Part shown: positions 12,790 through 25,518 of the stretch, piece by piece
Layout: every line of letters begins with the position of its first letter
How positions within the stretch are numbered: the first letter of the stretch is position 1
Assembly: GCF_004010195.1 (NCBI RefSeq)
Contig: NC_057718.1
Coordinates: 37,132,337-37,194,336, forward strand
Length of the DNA stretch: 62,000 bases
Direction of reading: 5' to 3'
Origin: Chiloscyllium plagiosum
Taxonomy: Eukaryota
Translations under genes and position numbers: made by a program
The notes under the pieces: generated by a model
Seen by the model: only the letters and a program-made list of their open reading frames with translations
Told to the model about the DNA's origin: nothing
Databases searched by the model: none

Positions 12790-14579
12790 GTAGATCTAAA
12801 AGTTGAAGTTCTAAATTGGAGAAAGGCCAATTTTGACAGTATTAGGCAAGAACTTTCAAAAGCTGATTGGGGGCAGATGTTCGCAGGTAAAGTGACGGCT
12901 GGAAAATGGGAAGCCTTCAGAAATGAGATAACGAGAATCCAGAGAAAATATATTCTTGTCAGGGTGAAAGGAAAGGCTGGTAGGTACAGGGAATACTGGA
13001 TGANNNNNNNNNNNNNNNNNNNNNNNNNNNNNNNNNNNNNNNNNNNNNNNNNNNNNNNNNNNNNNNNNNNNNNNNNNNNNNNNNNNNNNNNNNNNNNNNN
13101 NNNNNNNNNNNNNNNNNNNNNNNNNNNNNNNNNNNNNNNNNNNNNNNNNNNNNNNNNNNNNNNNNNNNNNNNNNNNNNNNNNNNNNNNNNNNNNNNNNNN
13201 NNNNNNNNNNNNNNNNNNNNNNNNNNNNNNNNNNNNNNNNNNNNNNNNNNNNNNNNNNNNNNNNNNNNNNNNNNNNNNNNNNNNNNNNNNNNNNNNNNNN
13301 NNNNNNNNNNNNNNNNNNNNNNNNNNNNNNNNNNNNNNNNNNNNNNNNNNNNNNNNNNNNNNNNNNNNNNNNNNNNNNNNNNNNNNNNNNNNNNNNNNNN
13401 NNNNNNNNNNNNNNNNNNNNNNNNNNNNNNNNNNNNNNNNNNNNNNNNNNNNNNNNNNNNNNNNNNNNNNNNNNNNNNNNNNNNNNNNNNNNNNNNNNNN
13501 NNNNNNNNNNNNNNNNNNNNNNNNNNNNNNNNNNNNNNNNNNNNNNNNNNNNNNNNNNNNNNNNNNNNNNNNNNNNNNNNNNNNNNNNNNNNNNNNNNNN
13601 NNNNNNNNNNNNNNNNNNNNNNNNNNNNNNNNNNNNNNNNNNNNNNNNNNNNNNNNNNNNNNNNNNNNNNNNNNNNNNNNNNNNNNNNNNNNNNNNNNNN
13701 NNNNNNNNNNNNNNNNNNNNNNNNNNNNNNNNNNNNNNNNNNNNNNNNNNNNNNNNNNNNNNNNNNNNNNNNNNNNNNNNNNNNNNNNNNNNNNNNNNNN
13801 NNNNNNNNNNNNNNNNNNNNNNNNNNNNNNNNNNNNNNNNNNNNNNNNNNNNNNNNNNNNNNNNNNNNNNNNNNNNNNNNNNNNNNNNNNNNNNNNNNAT
13901 GGAGTCGCAGGTAGATAGGATAGTGAAGAAGGTGTTTGCTATGCTTTTCTTTATTGGTCAGAGTATTGAATACAGGAGTTGGGAGGTCATGTTGTGGCTG
14001 TACAGGACATTGGTTAGGCCACTGTTTGAATATTACGTGCAATTCTGGTCTCCTTCTTATCGGAAAGAGGTTGTGAAACTTGAAAGGGTTCAGAAAAGAT
14101 TTACAAGGATGTTTCCAGGGTTGGAAGATTTGAGCTATAGGGAGAGGCTGACCAGGCTGGGGCTGTTTTCCCTGGAACGTCGGAGGCTAAGGGGTGACCT
14201 TATAGAGGTTTAAAAAATCATGAGGGGCATGGATAGGGTAAATAGGCAAAGTCTTTTCCCTGGTGTCGGGGAGTCCAGAACTAGAGGGCATAGGTTTAGC
14301 GTGAGAGAGAAAAGATATAAAAGAGACCTAAGGGCAACATTTTCACACAGAGGGTGGTACATGTATGGAATGAGCTGCCAGAGGAAGTGGTGGAGGCTGG
14401 TACAATTTCAACATTTAAGAGGCATTTGGATGAGTAAATGAATAAGAAAGGTTTGGAGGGATATGGGCCAGGTGCTGGCCGGTGGGACTCGATTGGGTTG
14501 GGATATCTGGTTGGCATAGATGTGTTGGACCAAAGGGTCTGTTTCCATGCTGTACATCTCTCTGACTCAATGACTCTAT
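12790..14579 (+). mobile_element. HER1/CR1-type LINE (5'-truncated) spanning an assembly gap
   Basis: LNWRKANF and KWEAFRNEI before the gap; MESQVDRIVKK...LYRTLVRP.FEY...RRLRGDLIEV and the 3' UTR with tgactcta tail after it. Confidence 0.92.
13004..13898. other. Assembly gap (895 N)
   Basis: Run of N characters. Confidence 1.
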
Positions 14580-14876
14580 TAATTCTTCAGTGTTCACACA
14601 CAATGTTGTAGTTCTTGCTGAAAGCCTGAGTTTGGTCAATTGAACCTATTGACAGAAAGACAGGCCTCAAGTGTAAAGAATGAGATGGGGAAAACGATGA
14701 CGGTGAAGGAAAAAGTGAGAGAACAAGAAATGTGGACATGTTCTAATTGTTATGCACTCTGGACACTGGTTCGTCCTGTTATAATATTGCAATGTTGAGG
14801 ACTTTCAAATCTGTTGATAATAGGATAGAGGTGATTACCCCATCTATAACACCTTCAGAAAAGCACGTGCATGCCC

Positions 14877-14989
14877 TGATGTGGAGGAGCCAGTTTTGGA
14901 CTGGGTTGGACAAAGTTAAAAATCACACAACACCAGGTGCTTCCAAACAAACCTGTTGAATGATAACTTGGTGTGGTGTGATTTTTAAC
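14877..14989 (-). mobile_element. Penelope-like family B fold-back remnant lacking the ribozyme core
   Basis: Reverse-complement tail gatgtggaggagccagttttggactgggttggacaaa, then gttaaaaatcacacaacaccagg (14915-14937) and its inverse ending tggtgtggtgtgatttttaac (to 14989). Homologous to 175-390. Confidence 0.8.
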
Positions 14990-16555
14990 ATAGCATGTGG
15001 CAACAAACTCATCAATAGACATGAACTAGAGTCTGTTAATCTGGTTCATACCTTCAGCTAGTGGTCAGGTACTCTCCAAATTTTCTCCCGGCCTTTTGTA
15101 TTAGCTTATTAGAAGGACTGGGATGTATTTACTCTGCCAAGCCCTTTCTTGTTGAGAGCAAGTAATATACTGAGAGCTCTCCTCGCCAGATCATTTATGG
15201 CATGATCTGTGAAAATGAAGACATGTGTGCTGCAGTAACAACTGTACCTCAGAGAAAATGTCAATTGCTGTCCAATCCATAGTCAAATATTTGCTTCTAC
15301 TTCTTGTTGAAGGTCTGTGACTTTTCATCTTATACCAGAAGTAGATTGCACAACTTGTTTGTTCATTTCTTTTTCTTGGTTCACTGTTCTGCTCTTACAG
15401 TTGTCCTTATTTTGCTTCTACTTTACTTATTTTTCATGTTTGTGGTCCCTTTTAGGTAGTCTTGTTGTTATCTTCTTTCAGAGGTAGAGGCCCATAAAAG
15501 CAGGATTCAGCCATTAAAGGCAGTTGAACGAATGATGTCACATCAGGTTTGTACCCAACTGAAGGAAACAAAATAGTGGAACTGTCTGACCACTGCTCAG
15601 CATCTTCAGGTTTGAAAATCACTTCTTTTTGCTTAAAATGTCATTTTGTTTAACAGGAAGGCTGGTAGTTTATCTGATAACATCTTTTGACCACTGATGT
15701 TAGTTTTAAGCCTTTTGACACCAATTTTAAATCTATAAGAATTCTGAGCTGTTGGACCTTAACTTTCATGTTGGGAAGCAGACTGAAACGTTGTGTTTTG
15801 AAAGAGATGAAAGATTTCTAGCCAACTGGGTCTTGAAGTTTAAGAAGAAAGAAGTAAATCTGCATCTTGGCTATTTCAGTTGGAGACCTGCTCTCACATT
15901 GCAATTGATCAGCTAAATGGTTCAGAATCCAGAGCTGCATAATCTTCAGTGAGGAGACTCTCACAATTAGTCACTAATGCTTACTACTGCACTGCCCCCA
16001 TGTTGCGATTGCTCATGATCTGCCACTGTTGTAATACAACACTTATGTGAGCTTCCATAATAGAAAAATGAAACACGTGTCACCTAGTACTGAAAAATTC
16101 AATTAACCTTTACGACTGCACTTGGTATCTACATATGCACACCACACTCACAGCCACTTGTGTCTGAGTTCAGATTAAGCAATTTAGATGTACTATAGAT
16201 CACATAGTATGCTACATGAGGATCCAGCAAGATGAACACTGGGACCTTTATACCACCAGGTTACATGTCATGAAATGGTGATGACATCATGAACATATCC
16301 CTTCATGGTAAATCACATATCCACTGCAAGACATAACACAACAAAGGAGGCATCTCATCTTGGGTGTACTGCGGCCCTTAAGTGGCAAGTCTTGAGAATG
16401 GTTCTCTCTCCCAATGAGGAACAGAAATCTGACATTCACGTGCTTAGAACCTCAATACTTCCTCTTGTATCAGGGTGGCCTTGTTTAAAGTCAGTTGGCT
16501 CAGAACCAAATTTTCTTCTGCAAAGAGGCAAATAGTTAGGCTACAGTCTTAGTTA

Positions 16556-16691
16556 CTTTTAAAAGACGTTTAGCTGGGTACATGATAGAAAAGGTTTGGA
16601 GGGGTATTGGCCAGGAGTCGGCAGGTGGAACAAGTTTGGGATTATGTGCGGCGTGGACTGGTTAGACTGAAGGGTGTATGACTCTATGACT
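16556..16691 (+). mobile_element. Short HER1/CR1 3' UTR fragment
   Basis: tttaaaagacgtttagctgggtacatg...gactgaagggt..tatgactctatgact, colinear with 14414-14579. Confidence 0.75.
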
Positions 16692-16716
16692 TATTCAAAT
16701 TCAGAAAGAGTGACAC

Positions 16717-17332
16717 TTCTTTTTTATTTCAAAATATACTCTATTCATAAAAAAGATATCTTTGTTTGTATACATAGTCACGTTCTGCTTAGTAGCATAA
16801 CAAGGAAACAAACAAACATTGGAGTTTGATTCTCTCCAAACAAACCAAAGTCTCTCTTACTTGAACCAGACAGTATTTACATGTACTTGAAGCACCGGTA
16901 GGGTCCAATAACTGAACAGACCCCTATTTAATTTCAGCAGGAAGACCTCAGACAGAGGTCTTTCCCCACAGTGCCTTGGCAGCAGCTACCCCATGTTTTA
17001 GTACATCCTTCAGCATGCAGTCTGAACCTTGGAATATACCAATCTACAATACTTGGTCGAGGTCAACTCCTCCTGGAAGACTGACAAGTTTTGCACAGAC
17101 CAAAGAGTGACCTTGTCCTCCAGTCAATGTTTGTTTTGGTGTGCGTCCTTGGGAACAGACCGTACAGCACAGAGTCCCGCATCAAGGAGCTGCTCAGGAC
17201 AAACCTCGACACAAACCATTGCGTCTTCCTCCAGACTTCCTTTGCAAAGGCACGTTGCAGAAGGTGAGGTGTGACAGTCTCTACCCCCTCACAGCCACTT
17301 AGGGGCAGTGTGTGGTTGCGCAATCTGACTGG
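16717..17332 (-). mobile_element. L1/Tx1-clade LINE 3' fragment (decayed ORF2 C-terminal zinc-knuckle region + 3' UTR)
   Basis: ORF 17063-17374 reads SGCEGVETVTPHLLQRAFAKEVW...SVLYGLFP, resembling the CxxxETxxHLLxxCxFAxxVW motif of L1/Tx1 ORF2; AATAGAG..AAATAAAAA-type A-rich end on the minus strand near 16720-16750. Confidence 0.75.
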
Positions 17333-19438
17333 GCAGACAAGAAGGATGTCAGATGTAGTGTCTTTGTGTCTCAAGATTCAGCACAGTCCATACCCTTAAC
17401 TGTTGGCTAACATGGTCTTGAGCCATGGCCCAGCTCAGTCCCATTTCTGTCATTTTTACACAGTCATTACCATCATTTGTCTGTGTTCCTTCTTCTTTCT
17501 CTTCCTCCTTTTCTCTCTACCTCATTGTTTGTTATTCATAGCTAACAGGCTTGAAGCTCAGTTTCTCTCCTCCCCCACCACCACCCGAAAAAGAAAGGCA
17601 AATCAAAGGCACAATTAAGTAAATCAACAATAAATGCTATTAACTTCATTCTGCATATCATTTGCATACACGAAATACATTTATGATCAGATCATTCCTG
17701 CTGCTTTCTGCAAACATATTCAGTTTGTATGTTGCTATGTTACAGAAGACTCTAGCTGTGTCATTTCCCCAGAACAAATCTAATGTATAGCTTGAGGGCA
17801 GAGGTCAAAGCCCTGAGGAATTTGCCAGCCCTGGGTAGTAAATCAGCAGTTTAGTCTTAGCTGAGTGCTCTCTGGACCTCCAGCTTCTCATTGCGGGTGA
17901 CAGATAAATCAGAGGAGTCCATATGGAATATGTAATTTAGTACAGGACAGTGCACGAGTAAACAACCCGGAGATCTGCTGCTTTTTGCCCTGTATGTTTA
18001 TAATATCCCTTTGAAAATTGCCTGATTTTCTTTCACTATTGATTCAATTACAGTTTGAAACTTCTCCCCTAGTCAAGGATACTCAAACTACCCCCAGTGG
18101 CACGTTTAGTAAAAGATTTCAATGTACACCAACAAAAGGAAATGCAAAGGCTGACCCATATTTGATCAGTATAAGTTAAAAAATCAAATCCAGAAAACAA
18201 AATAAAAGAGCTTCTGTAAAAGAGGAGATTTTTTTGTTAAAGTTGATGTCTTATGAAAATTTGAAATCAGGAAAGAGAATTGCTACAAAAGGACAGTAGG
18301 TCAGTCAATATAAAAAGAAAGCATTCAGGTCCTGCCTGAAATTTTAAGTTAATTTTTTCTTTTCAATATCAATTGTTTGTAGCGTTTGCCTGTTTTCATT
18401 TAACAGTCAAAGGTAATGCACACTAGTCACGTAGCTGTGGTCTAAGATTGAGGGATATTTTTGATTACAGCATGGGATTCAGGGAAAGACAGTTGTTTGG
18501 CTGGTTTATTGTTTGCAAGTGTCAATTTTAAAATTTCGTTCATAGAAGATCACAGCCAAACTATAATGAAGCTAAGGATGTTAATGCGCTGAGAGGACTA
18601 GCCCCCCCAAGCTTAATTCACTAAAGGAAGTGAATCATAAAAACAAAGGTCCCATTTGAATTCCTGGTCATTTGTTTGATCTCAGATAGAGTGATAGTCG
18701 AAGTCTTACAATCGCCCTTATTGCACTTGAACCTGAAGGGGAACTCACATAAGGTTCCACTGGATTTGTTACCCACTTACCCCTGGTGGAAGGAGTGCCT
18801 GTTCCACCAGAACATATTGCTGTGGTGAAACAGGCTATCTATCCATACTCATTTGTGCCAAGAATGCTTTGCCTTATGGCTAACATTCCATATGTGTGAA
18901 TTCACATGAGTTGACCTCCAAACACTGTGCACTCTGTTATATATAAATTGTTCTCAGTACATTGCTCAGGAAGTGCTGTGAGAACACTCCGTTCACATTG
19001 TTGGGATTATGTATGCCTACAGTATTGAAATGGCTACTTGTACATCAGGAGGAAGGAATCTTTGGTGAGAGTGGGTGGGGGTTGGGGGGAATGCACGTGC
19101 TGGGGCAAGGGTTACTGGTAAAGCAGAGGATGCCACCTCATTAAAATTCTTTCAGAGACTTAAGCTCACAACAGTGAAGAGATAACAATCCCATGGATCT
19201 ACCATAAACATCTGCATCATTTGTTCTAATTTTAAAAATTTAAACAAGCTAGAAATTCCATTGCAGATCCATTAATTACAGGCATTGAGTAGCATCTTGA
19301 TGGGTGCGGCCAATAATTAGAGGCTGTTATTCACCATGCGGTGGCTTACTTTGTGCAGCCACACCACAATATACTTCTGCGAAGGGTCCAGAATGACGGC
19401 AAGTTTGGCAATCACATTCCTGAGTGGTATCAGTGAGT

Positions 19439-19528
19439 TGAAAATGTGTTGCTGGAAAAGCGCAGCAAGTCAAGCAGCATCCAAGGAACAGGAGAATCGA
19501 CGTTTCGGGCATGAGCCCTTCTTCAGGA
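19439..19528 (-). mobile_element. Solo ~90-bp Penelope family A insertion with intact hammerhead-like core
   Basis: Nearly identical to 41685-41775. Reverse complement of 19497-19528 reads UC-CUGAAGA-A-GGGC(UCAU)GCCC-GAAA-CG-UC-GA. Probable 7-bp TSD agtgagt (19432-19438, 19529-19535). Confidence 0.85.
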
Positions 19529-20489
19529 AGTGAGTGTAGGTTAGAGTTTTCGTTTGGAGAAAGGACACTTCAGCATTAATCATAAGCCATGGTGGGATAT
19601 ATTCTCCTCTTGGGTGTGAGGGTCCTGACAGGAGTCTTGATCTGCTTGGTACCACTTGCTTTTCTGTTTCTTCCAAATATGAAGTGAGGGGGAGTTCCCG
19701 CTGGAGAATCAATTAATGAAAAGAACAAAAACAGGATGTTAATTTACAATAATGTTGATAAAGACTGAAAGTAAGAGAAAATAAACAAAGAAAAAGAACA
19801 ACTTGACTATTTTGATTTCTCTATTCTGTCCGCCATCTAACAAAAATTAATGAGAACTTATCACGAGACCATGATTTGTTTCTAATAATCATCATGTGCA
19901 GGACATCCACATTTCCAAGCAGCATTTGATAAATCTCTCTTCTGCTTTATGCTGCTGGTCCCATTCCCAGAAACCCTGTAATAATGTAAAGTGAGTGGAT
20001 GGTCAATGGAATCAGGTACATTGACTGAATGGATTGTTGGAAGTACACAATCCCAGCTCGGAACTCCAAGCTGGAAGAAAGCTCCAGTCCACATGGACTC
20101 CGGAATCTGCAGTCCTCACTTTCTCCTAGAAAGCTCCAGTTGCCTGAGTAGCAATCTTGACCAATAGCACAGTGTTTGAGTTTCAATTCTCCCTAATTGA
20201 TGTCTTTCACAAGACACCAATGTTTATTGCAGAGTTCTCAACAGAACAGTCTAATTAAGAATGAAATGCGCAAGATAAAGGCCAACCAATCTGTCAGCAT
20301 GCTAGCAGACCAAGAGAGAACGTGCTGAGAAAGTTTCCTTGAGGGGAAACTGGTTTTCTCTAGAATCAGTATGTTAATGAATTGTACTGGTAAACTTAGC
20401 ATTGCAATGAAACCTTGTGTCTTTCCAAAGCAAAGGATTCAGTCTTCCTCTTTGCATGTGGCAGCTGGTTCATTGTCAGTATTGTGATG

Positions 20490-20770
20490 GTGCAGCTGAA
20501 CAATCTGCGACATGACTTGACAACTTTTATATTGAATGGCCTGATCAATAAAGGCAAGTATTCCATATGCCTTCCTTATCACCTTATCCACTTATGTTGC
20601 CACTTTTAGGGAATTATGGACCTGCATTCCAAGGTCCCTCTGTAAATATCAGTGCTCCGAAGGGTCCCGTCATTTACTGTGTACAATCTCTTACATTTGA
20701 CATTCAAATTGCATCAACTCACATTTGTCTGGTGCTGATAATGCCATGCTATATTTGTGGCCACTGCTGA
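20490..20770 (-). mobile_element. Old CR1 RT fragment
   Basis: Degenerate match to 27350-27620 (ataaaggcaag...gccttc..tcaccttatc...agggaattatggacctgca.tccaaggtccctctg). Confidence 0.6.
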
Positions 20771-20834
20771 TGCCTTATCCAGTTGTCATTCTTTATGAGT
20801 GAGTCTACAGTGAGCAGATTACTTAATTATGGCG

Positions 20835-21000
20835 GGGTCTTTACAGGATTGATATTAGGCGATATTTACTCTTACAGGAGAGACTACATCTCAGTGCCTA
20901 CATTTAAAAATATGAGCACCCCATTTTAGAGAGAGATGTGATTTTTCTTTCTCTCAGAGTGTTGTTTATCCAGTAACTTACTTCCCCAGAGAGCTATAAA
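20835..21000 (+). mobile_element. Old CR1 3' fragment
   Basis: tttctttctctcagagtgttgt...cttccccagagagct resembles the FFSQRVV..WNSLPQ-coding segment. Confidence 0.45.
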
Positions 21001-21584
21001 CTACTCCCACAAATACTTTCTTATCTTTGCAATTTCTTATGTCTATCCAAAATGATTCAACATCTTGATCTTCTGAAGTGAGGTAATCTCTGATTACTGT
21101 GAAAGGGCTTTCAATACTTAGTCCCAAAGTTGGTCACTTTGCAACCATGTCCCTGAAGTTGCTATCAGGTCATATATATTCATTTCTATTGATTCTGTTA
21201 TTTCATCTATTTTGTTATGAACATTACACAGATTCATATACAGAGCCTTTAATTCTGCCTTCTTACCATTCTTACAAACTCTGGCCTTTACTTTTCCTGT
21301 TATCTTAAATTCATAAGTTCTTTCCTTTCATGACACACTCTGCTTCTCATTATTCACATTGATTCCCAGTTCTCTGTTGCCTTGTTCTTTTTCTTTCATT
21401 TATCAAATTTCCTCTCCCATGTTCCTTGTCCTTCCAGCAGCCTACCATTTAGTAGATAAACTATCTCACTACCATAGATACATAACTCAATGGAACACAG
21501 GTCCTGACATGGTTAACATGAAGACCATCTCAGACGTACAGATCTTGCTTTCCCTGGCACTGGTACCAGTGAGTTTTGGTACCT

Positions 21585-22068
21585 GGCAGCATTAGCATCC
21601 AGCTCAGATTCATGAATGTGGCAGCAGGAGCGAGTTTGGACCCAGTACGAGACCCGACGGCATTGGCAATGGTTGCATTGGTGAGGTGGGCCCAAAGTGG
21701 ACTCGTGGTGGTGGTGGAGTGAAGTTTGGGCCAGTGTGGTACACAGTGCATTGGTGGCATCTGCATTGGCATGGTCAAGCAAGGATTCATAGCGACGAGG
21801 GTGTTGGTGGAGGTGAGATGGCGCTGAAGAATGACAACTTTCAATCCAGCAACAGCGCAGCAAAGGGGACATGTGCCTGGCCACTACACCCATGGCCCAT
21901 GGCAGAATACTTAACATGAAGACTGTAAAGTTGAACACTTTTTCTTTATTGTTTTATTTTTCTACTATTATATTCTATGCTTTGGTTTATTTTCCCGTGT
22001 TTTAAGATGACGCCGGAGAGTGGTGACACTTTTCACTGTAATTTGTCACGTGACAATAAATAATCAAA
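21585..22068 (+). mobile_element. GC/CpG-rich retroposed repeat with Rex1/Babar-like 3' end; family uncertain
   Basis: GC-rich body, T-rich linker and terminal cttttcactgta...cacgtgacaataaa, which resembles fish Rex1-type 3' ends (from recall). Confidence 0.45.
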
Positions 22069-22204
22069 TTTTTTTTTTAAAGTGCCTAATGAATCAAAAC
22101 CTATTTCACCCATCCCAGCCTTTAAGCCACATATTCACCTCTCTGATCTTATCTGCCCTGCACCAGTTCTGACATGGTTTAGATTGTAATTCAAAGATCA
22201 TCAC

Positions 22205-22270
22205 CCACATGATGCTGTTCTCCTTTGAAATATGTCGTGGGATCCTTTACATCCGCCTGAGAAGAGAAAC
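22205..22270 (-). mobile_element. Deu-domain SINE fragment
   Basis: Reverse complement ctcaggcggatgtaaaggatcccacgacatatttcaaaggagaacag matches 58852-58895. Confidence 0.55.
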
Positions 22271-24231
22271 ATTCACCCAAACAGGAAGCAAAGGCAGGAA
22301 TCTGCTCATGGAGCTGATGCCTCCATATACCATTCTGCTTATTCACAAGTGATAAGTCACCAGGAATTGGTTCAGCTTCTACATCAAAGGTTAAATCCAC
22401 TTATTAGCATCATCCATGTGGACAGTGGCAAGAACTAGGTCAGAATAAAATCTGTAGCTGCATCTGTTTGGATCACTGATTTATCCACCTTCAGATGATC
22501 CATTCCAAGGCCAAGTGGTACCAATTTCCAGTCCTCAGAGTGCTGAGAAAAATCATAGACAATTCTTTTTAACTCAGTGACCAGTCCAACTTCCTATCAA
22601 CACACTCAAAAACTTATCATTACTCTTTTTATTTATTGGCTCTGTGTGTGTCCACTGCTTGGATTTTCTTTCCAGTTGACTTGAAGATATTGTAATCAGT
22701 ACATGTAGACATTCTGGCAAGTACAAAGGGAACAACTGCACAGCCAGTTCTTGTTTATACAAGGAAGAGACTGAAGATGATGGCTTGGAAAAAACAATCA
22801 GTAAATATGATATTATTTATGGAAATGGATTAAGAGCACACTATTACTTGAATGCCTTACCATTAAACCATATTTAAAAAATGCAAACTATTTTAGAAAA
22901 CTTTATAAATGGATTAGAAGTTAAACATCAGATTGCCTTTAGTGGATTCACTGAATTTTAGACATTGAGTGTTTTTTAATGACCTTTCATCCATCCTTAT
23001 AAACATTGGGGACATGGATGCTGCAGTGTGTTAGATATTTACCTTTCACCTCTTGTGGCTTGGATTCCCATTCAAGGCTGTGAGAATTCTTTATGAAGTG
23101 AGTTTAGGCAGGCTCAATCCAGGGTCTGACCTATGACACCAAACTATTCATATTTGGCAATAATTGACAATCTCACTGAATGTAGTCACTGGTCATTTGG
23201 GAACCCTTGGATTGTTATGGAGTTCTGATTTTTCACTGCATCAATGTGAAGAGTCGACTGGGTTGGAAAGCCAAGAAATGCCCTTGGTTTGGTTGTAAGG
23301 CCCATGTAATTTTAATTCCCTATTTTCAGTACCATATATCAGAGTGGACTCCTGTCTCAAGTGTTTTGCCTATCAAGAAGTTGCCGCATGGGATTTAAGG
23401 GAGGGTTCCCAGCTCTTGGGTAAATGCTGAGACAGTCAGCCAATGGGGATCTTTATCAGAAGAGAGACAAAGATGATGCAATAATTTTTTATCAGCACCA
23501 GAAGGCATTCATTTTCTTTCACCTTTTCAGGAATCAAAGCAATAAGGATTTTACTACCTTACCAGAACCTCTTCCAGCTGGCATTGGCAAAAAGACTGTC
23601 CAATCTCCGTTGTAACTGTCACGTTCCTGTTAATTTAAAAATAATTCTTTGGAAACATGAAATGAAAAATGGTCCATTGCCAATTGCTGGCATCGCACAC
23701 TTTGTTCAAGTTTAAAAACCTAATAAAGAATAGTGACGGTCAATTTCTGACCAATACACCTTAAACTGCTAACAAATCTTTCTCTGAAAAGAATGAGGTC
23801 TAGTTGATTGAATGAGGTATCATTACTGTGCAGATACCATTCTGAAGATTTAAAGGAAGTAGGAGAGTATCAGAGGGATTCTTTCCAATTGAGATTGCTA
23901 TAGCTGTCATTCCATAAAATGAAAGATATTTGTTTCTCGCCTAATGCATTTCAAGAGATGAACAGAAGCACATTAAACATAGACAGTATTTCTCAGATTG
24001 CTATATCTAATCTGTGAAAACAGCTTTGCTAAAATGGAACATTTTCCATTCTCCAGAGCTTGACGATCGTAGAATTTACAAACTAATTTTTCCAAATTAT
24101 TATCAAAATAGATTAATTCCAACCTTTTCAATGATTGTATTCACCAATAAAACATTGACTTGCCATCTCGAGTCTTCGAATTTAAATTTCATAAATAAAA
24201 TAAATTGTTCAATTGTCTAGATAGTCCTTAC

Positions 24232-24526
24232 ATTAGATTAGATTAGATTCCCTACAGTGTGGAAACAGGCCCTTCAGCCCAACCAGTCATTACCCACCCT
24301 CCAAAGAGTAACCCACCCAGACCCATTTCCCTCTGACTAATGCATCTAATACTATGGGCAATTTAGCATGGCCAATTCACCTGACCTGCACATCTTTGGA
24401 CTGTGGGAGGAAACTGGAGCACCCGGAGGAAACCCACGCAGACACAGGGAAAATGTGCAAACTCCACACAGACAGTCACCCAAGGCTGGAATCGAACCTG
24501 GGACCCTGATGCTGTGAGGCAGCAGT
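24232..24526 (-). mobile_element. HE1-type V-SINE (extreme 5' end missing)
   Basis: B box ggttcgattcc, central domain, tail gggcctgtttccacactgtagggaatc(taatc)n. Confidence 0.92.
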
Positions 24527-25193
24527 AACAATTCATTTTCTTATAAATCAAGTATAAATCAAGGATAAAGAAGTCTGATAAAAATGTATCTCGTTTTTAC
24601 TGGATTATAAGTGTGATGAAGACCCATAAATCACAAGTTATGTAAATCATGTTTATCCTTAAGTTTCAAGGATTTTCTCATTGTACAAGAATGTCCATAA
24701 TGTACCCTCATATGACAGCAATGACATTCTGTTTGTTCTAGTGAACACTGAACATTGTTTGACGCAGGGCTTAATACATTTTGTTCATACTGTACTGCTG
24801 AGCATTAAGTGATAATTCACTTGACAATTATTTCCATTTTGCACTTGGCTAAACATGCACACATTCTCTCATCAAATGCACAGGCACAAAAGCATGACGA
24901 ATGAGGCAAAGAATGGAATTATTTTGATTTTTGTTCTAACTCCTTTAACCATTTGTCCAACAAGAAGTATTTGTTTGTTTGTTTTTTAATAACAGATACT
25001 GTGCCTTTGAACAGCTAAGGTAATACATGTTGGAGTCTGTCATTTGTCCATCAACATTTCCCTTATTGTCTCATCTGAAGGGAAGCTATGTTGAAGTGAC
25101 ATATTGGATTGAATTTGCTCTATGGTCATCACTGAAGACATGACCAGAGGGGGATCTTGCTCCCCACTGCAGAGACAGGAATCTGGAGGTACT

Positions 25194-25518
25194 GATTAGA
25201 TTAGATTAGATTCCCCTACAGTGTAGAAACAAGCCCTTCGGCCCAATAGGTTCATACCTACCCTCCGAAGAGTAACCCACCCAGACCCTATATTTATCCC
25301 TGACTAATGCACCTAACTATGGGCAATTTAACTTGGCTAATTCACCTGACCTGCACATCTTTGGACTAAGAGAGGAAACTGGAGCACCCGAAGCAAACCC
25401 ACGTAGACACTGGGAGAGTGTGCAAACTCCACACAGACAGTCACCTGAGGCAGGAATTCAACCTGGGACCCTGGTGCTGTGAGGCAGCAGTGCTAACCGC
25501 TGAGCCACTATGCCACCC
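25194..25518 (-). mobile_element. HE1-type V-SINE, full length
   Basis: A box tggctcagcgg, B-box-like ggttgaattcc, central domain and (taatc)n tail. Confidence 0.92.

Noticed and set aside
12780..14042. 420-aa and 345-aa ORFs
   Set aside because: They consist mostly of X residues translated from the N gap.
25440..25518. tRNA genes at A/B-box sequences
   Set aside because: Each is the head of a SINE followed by SINE body and tail; no complete cloverleaf is evident.
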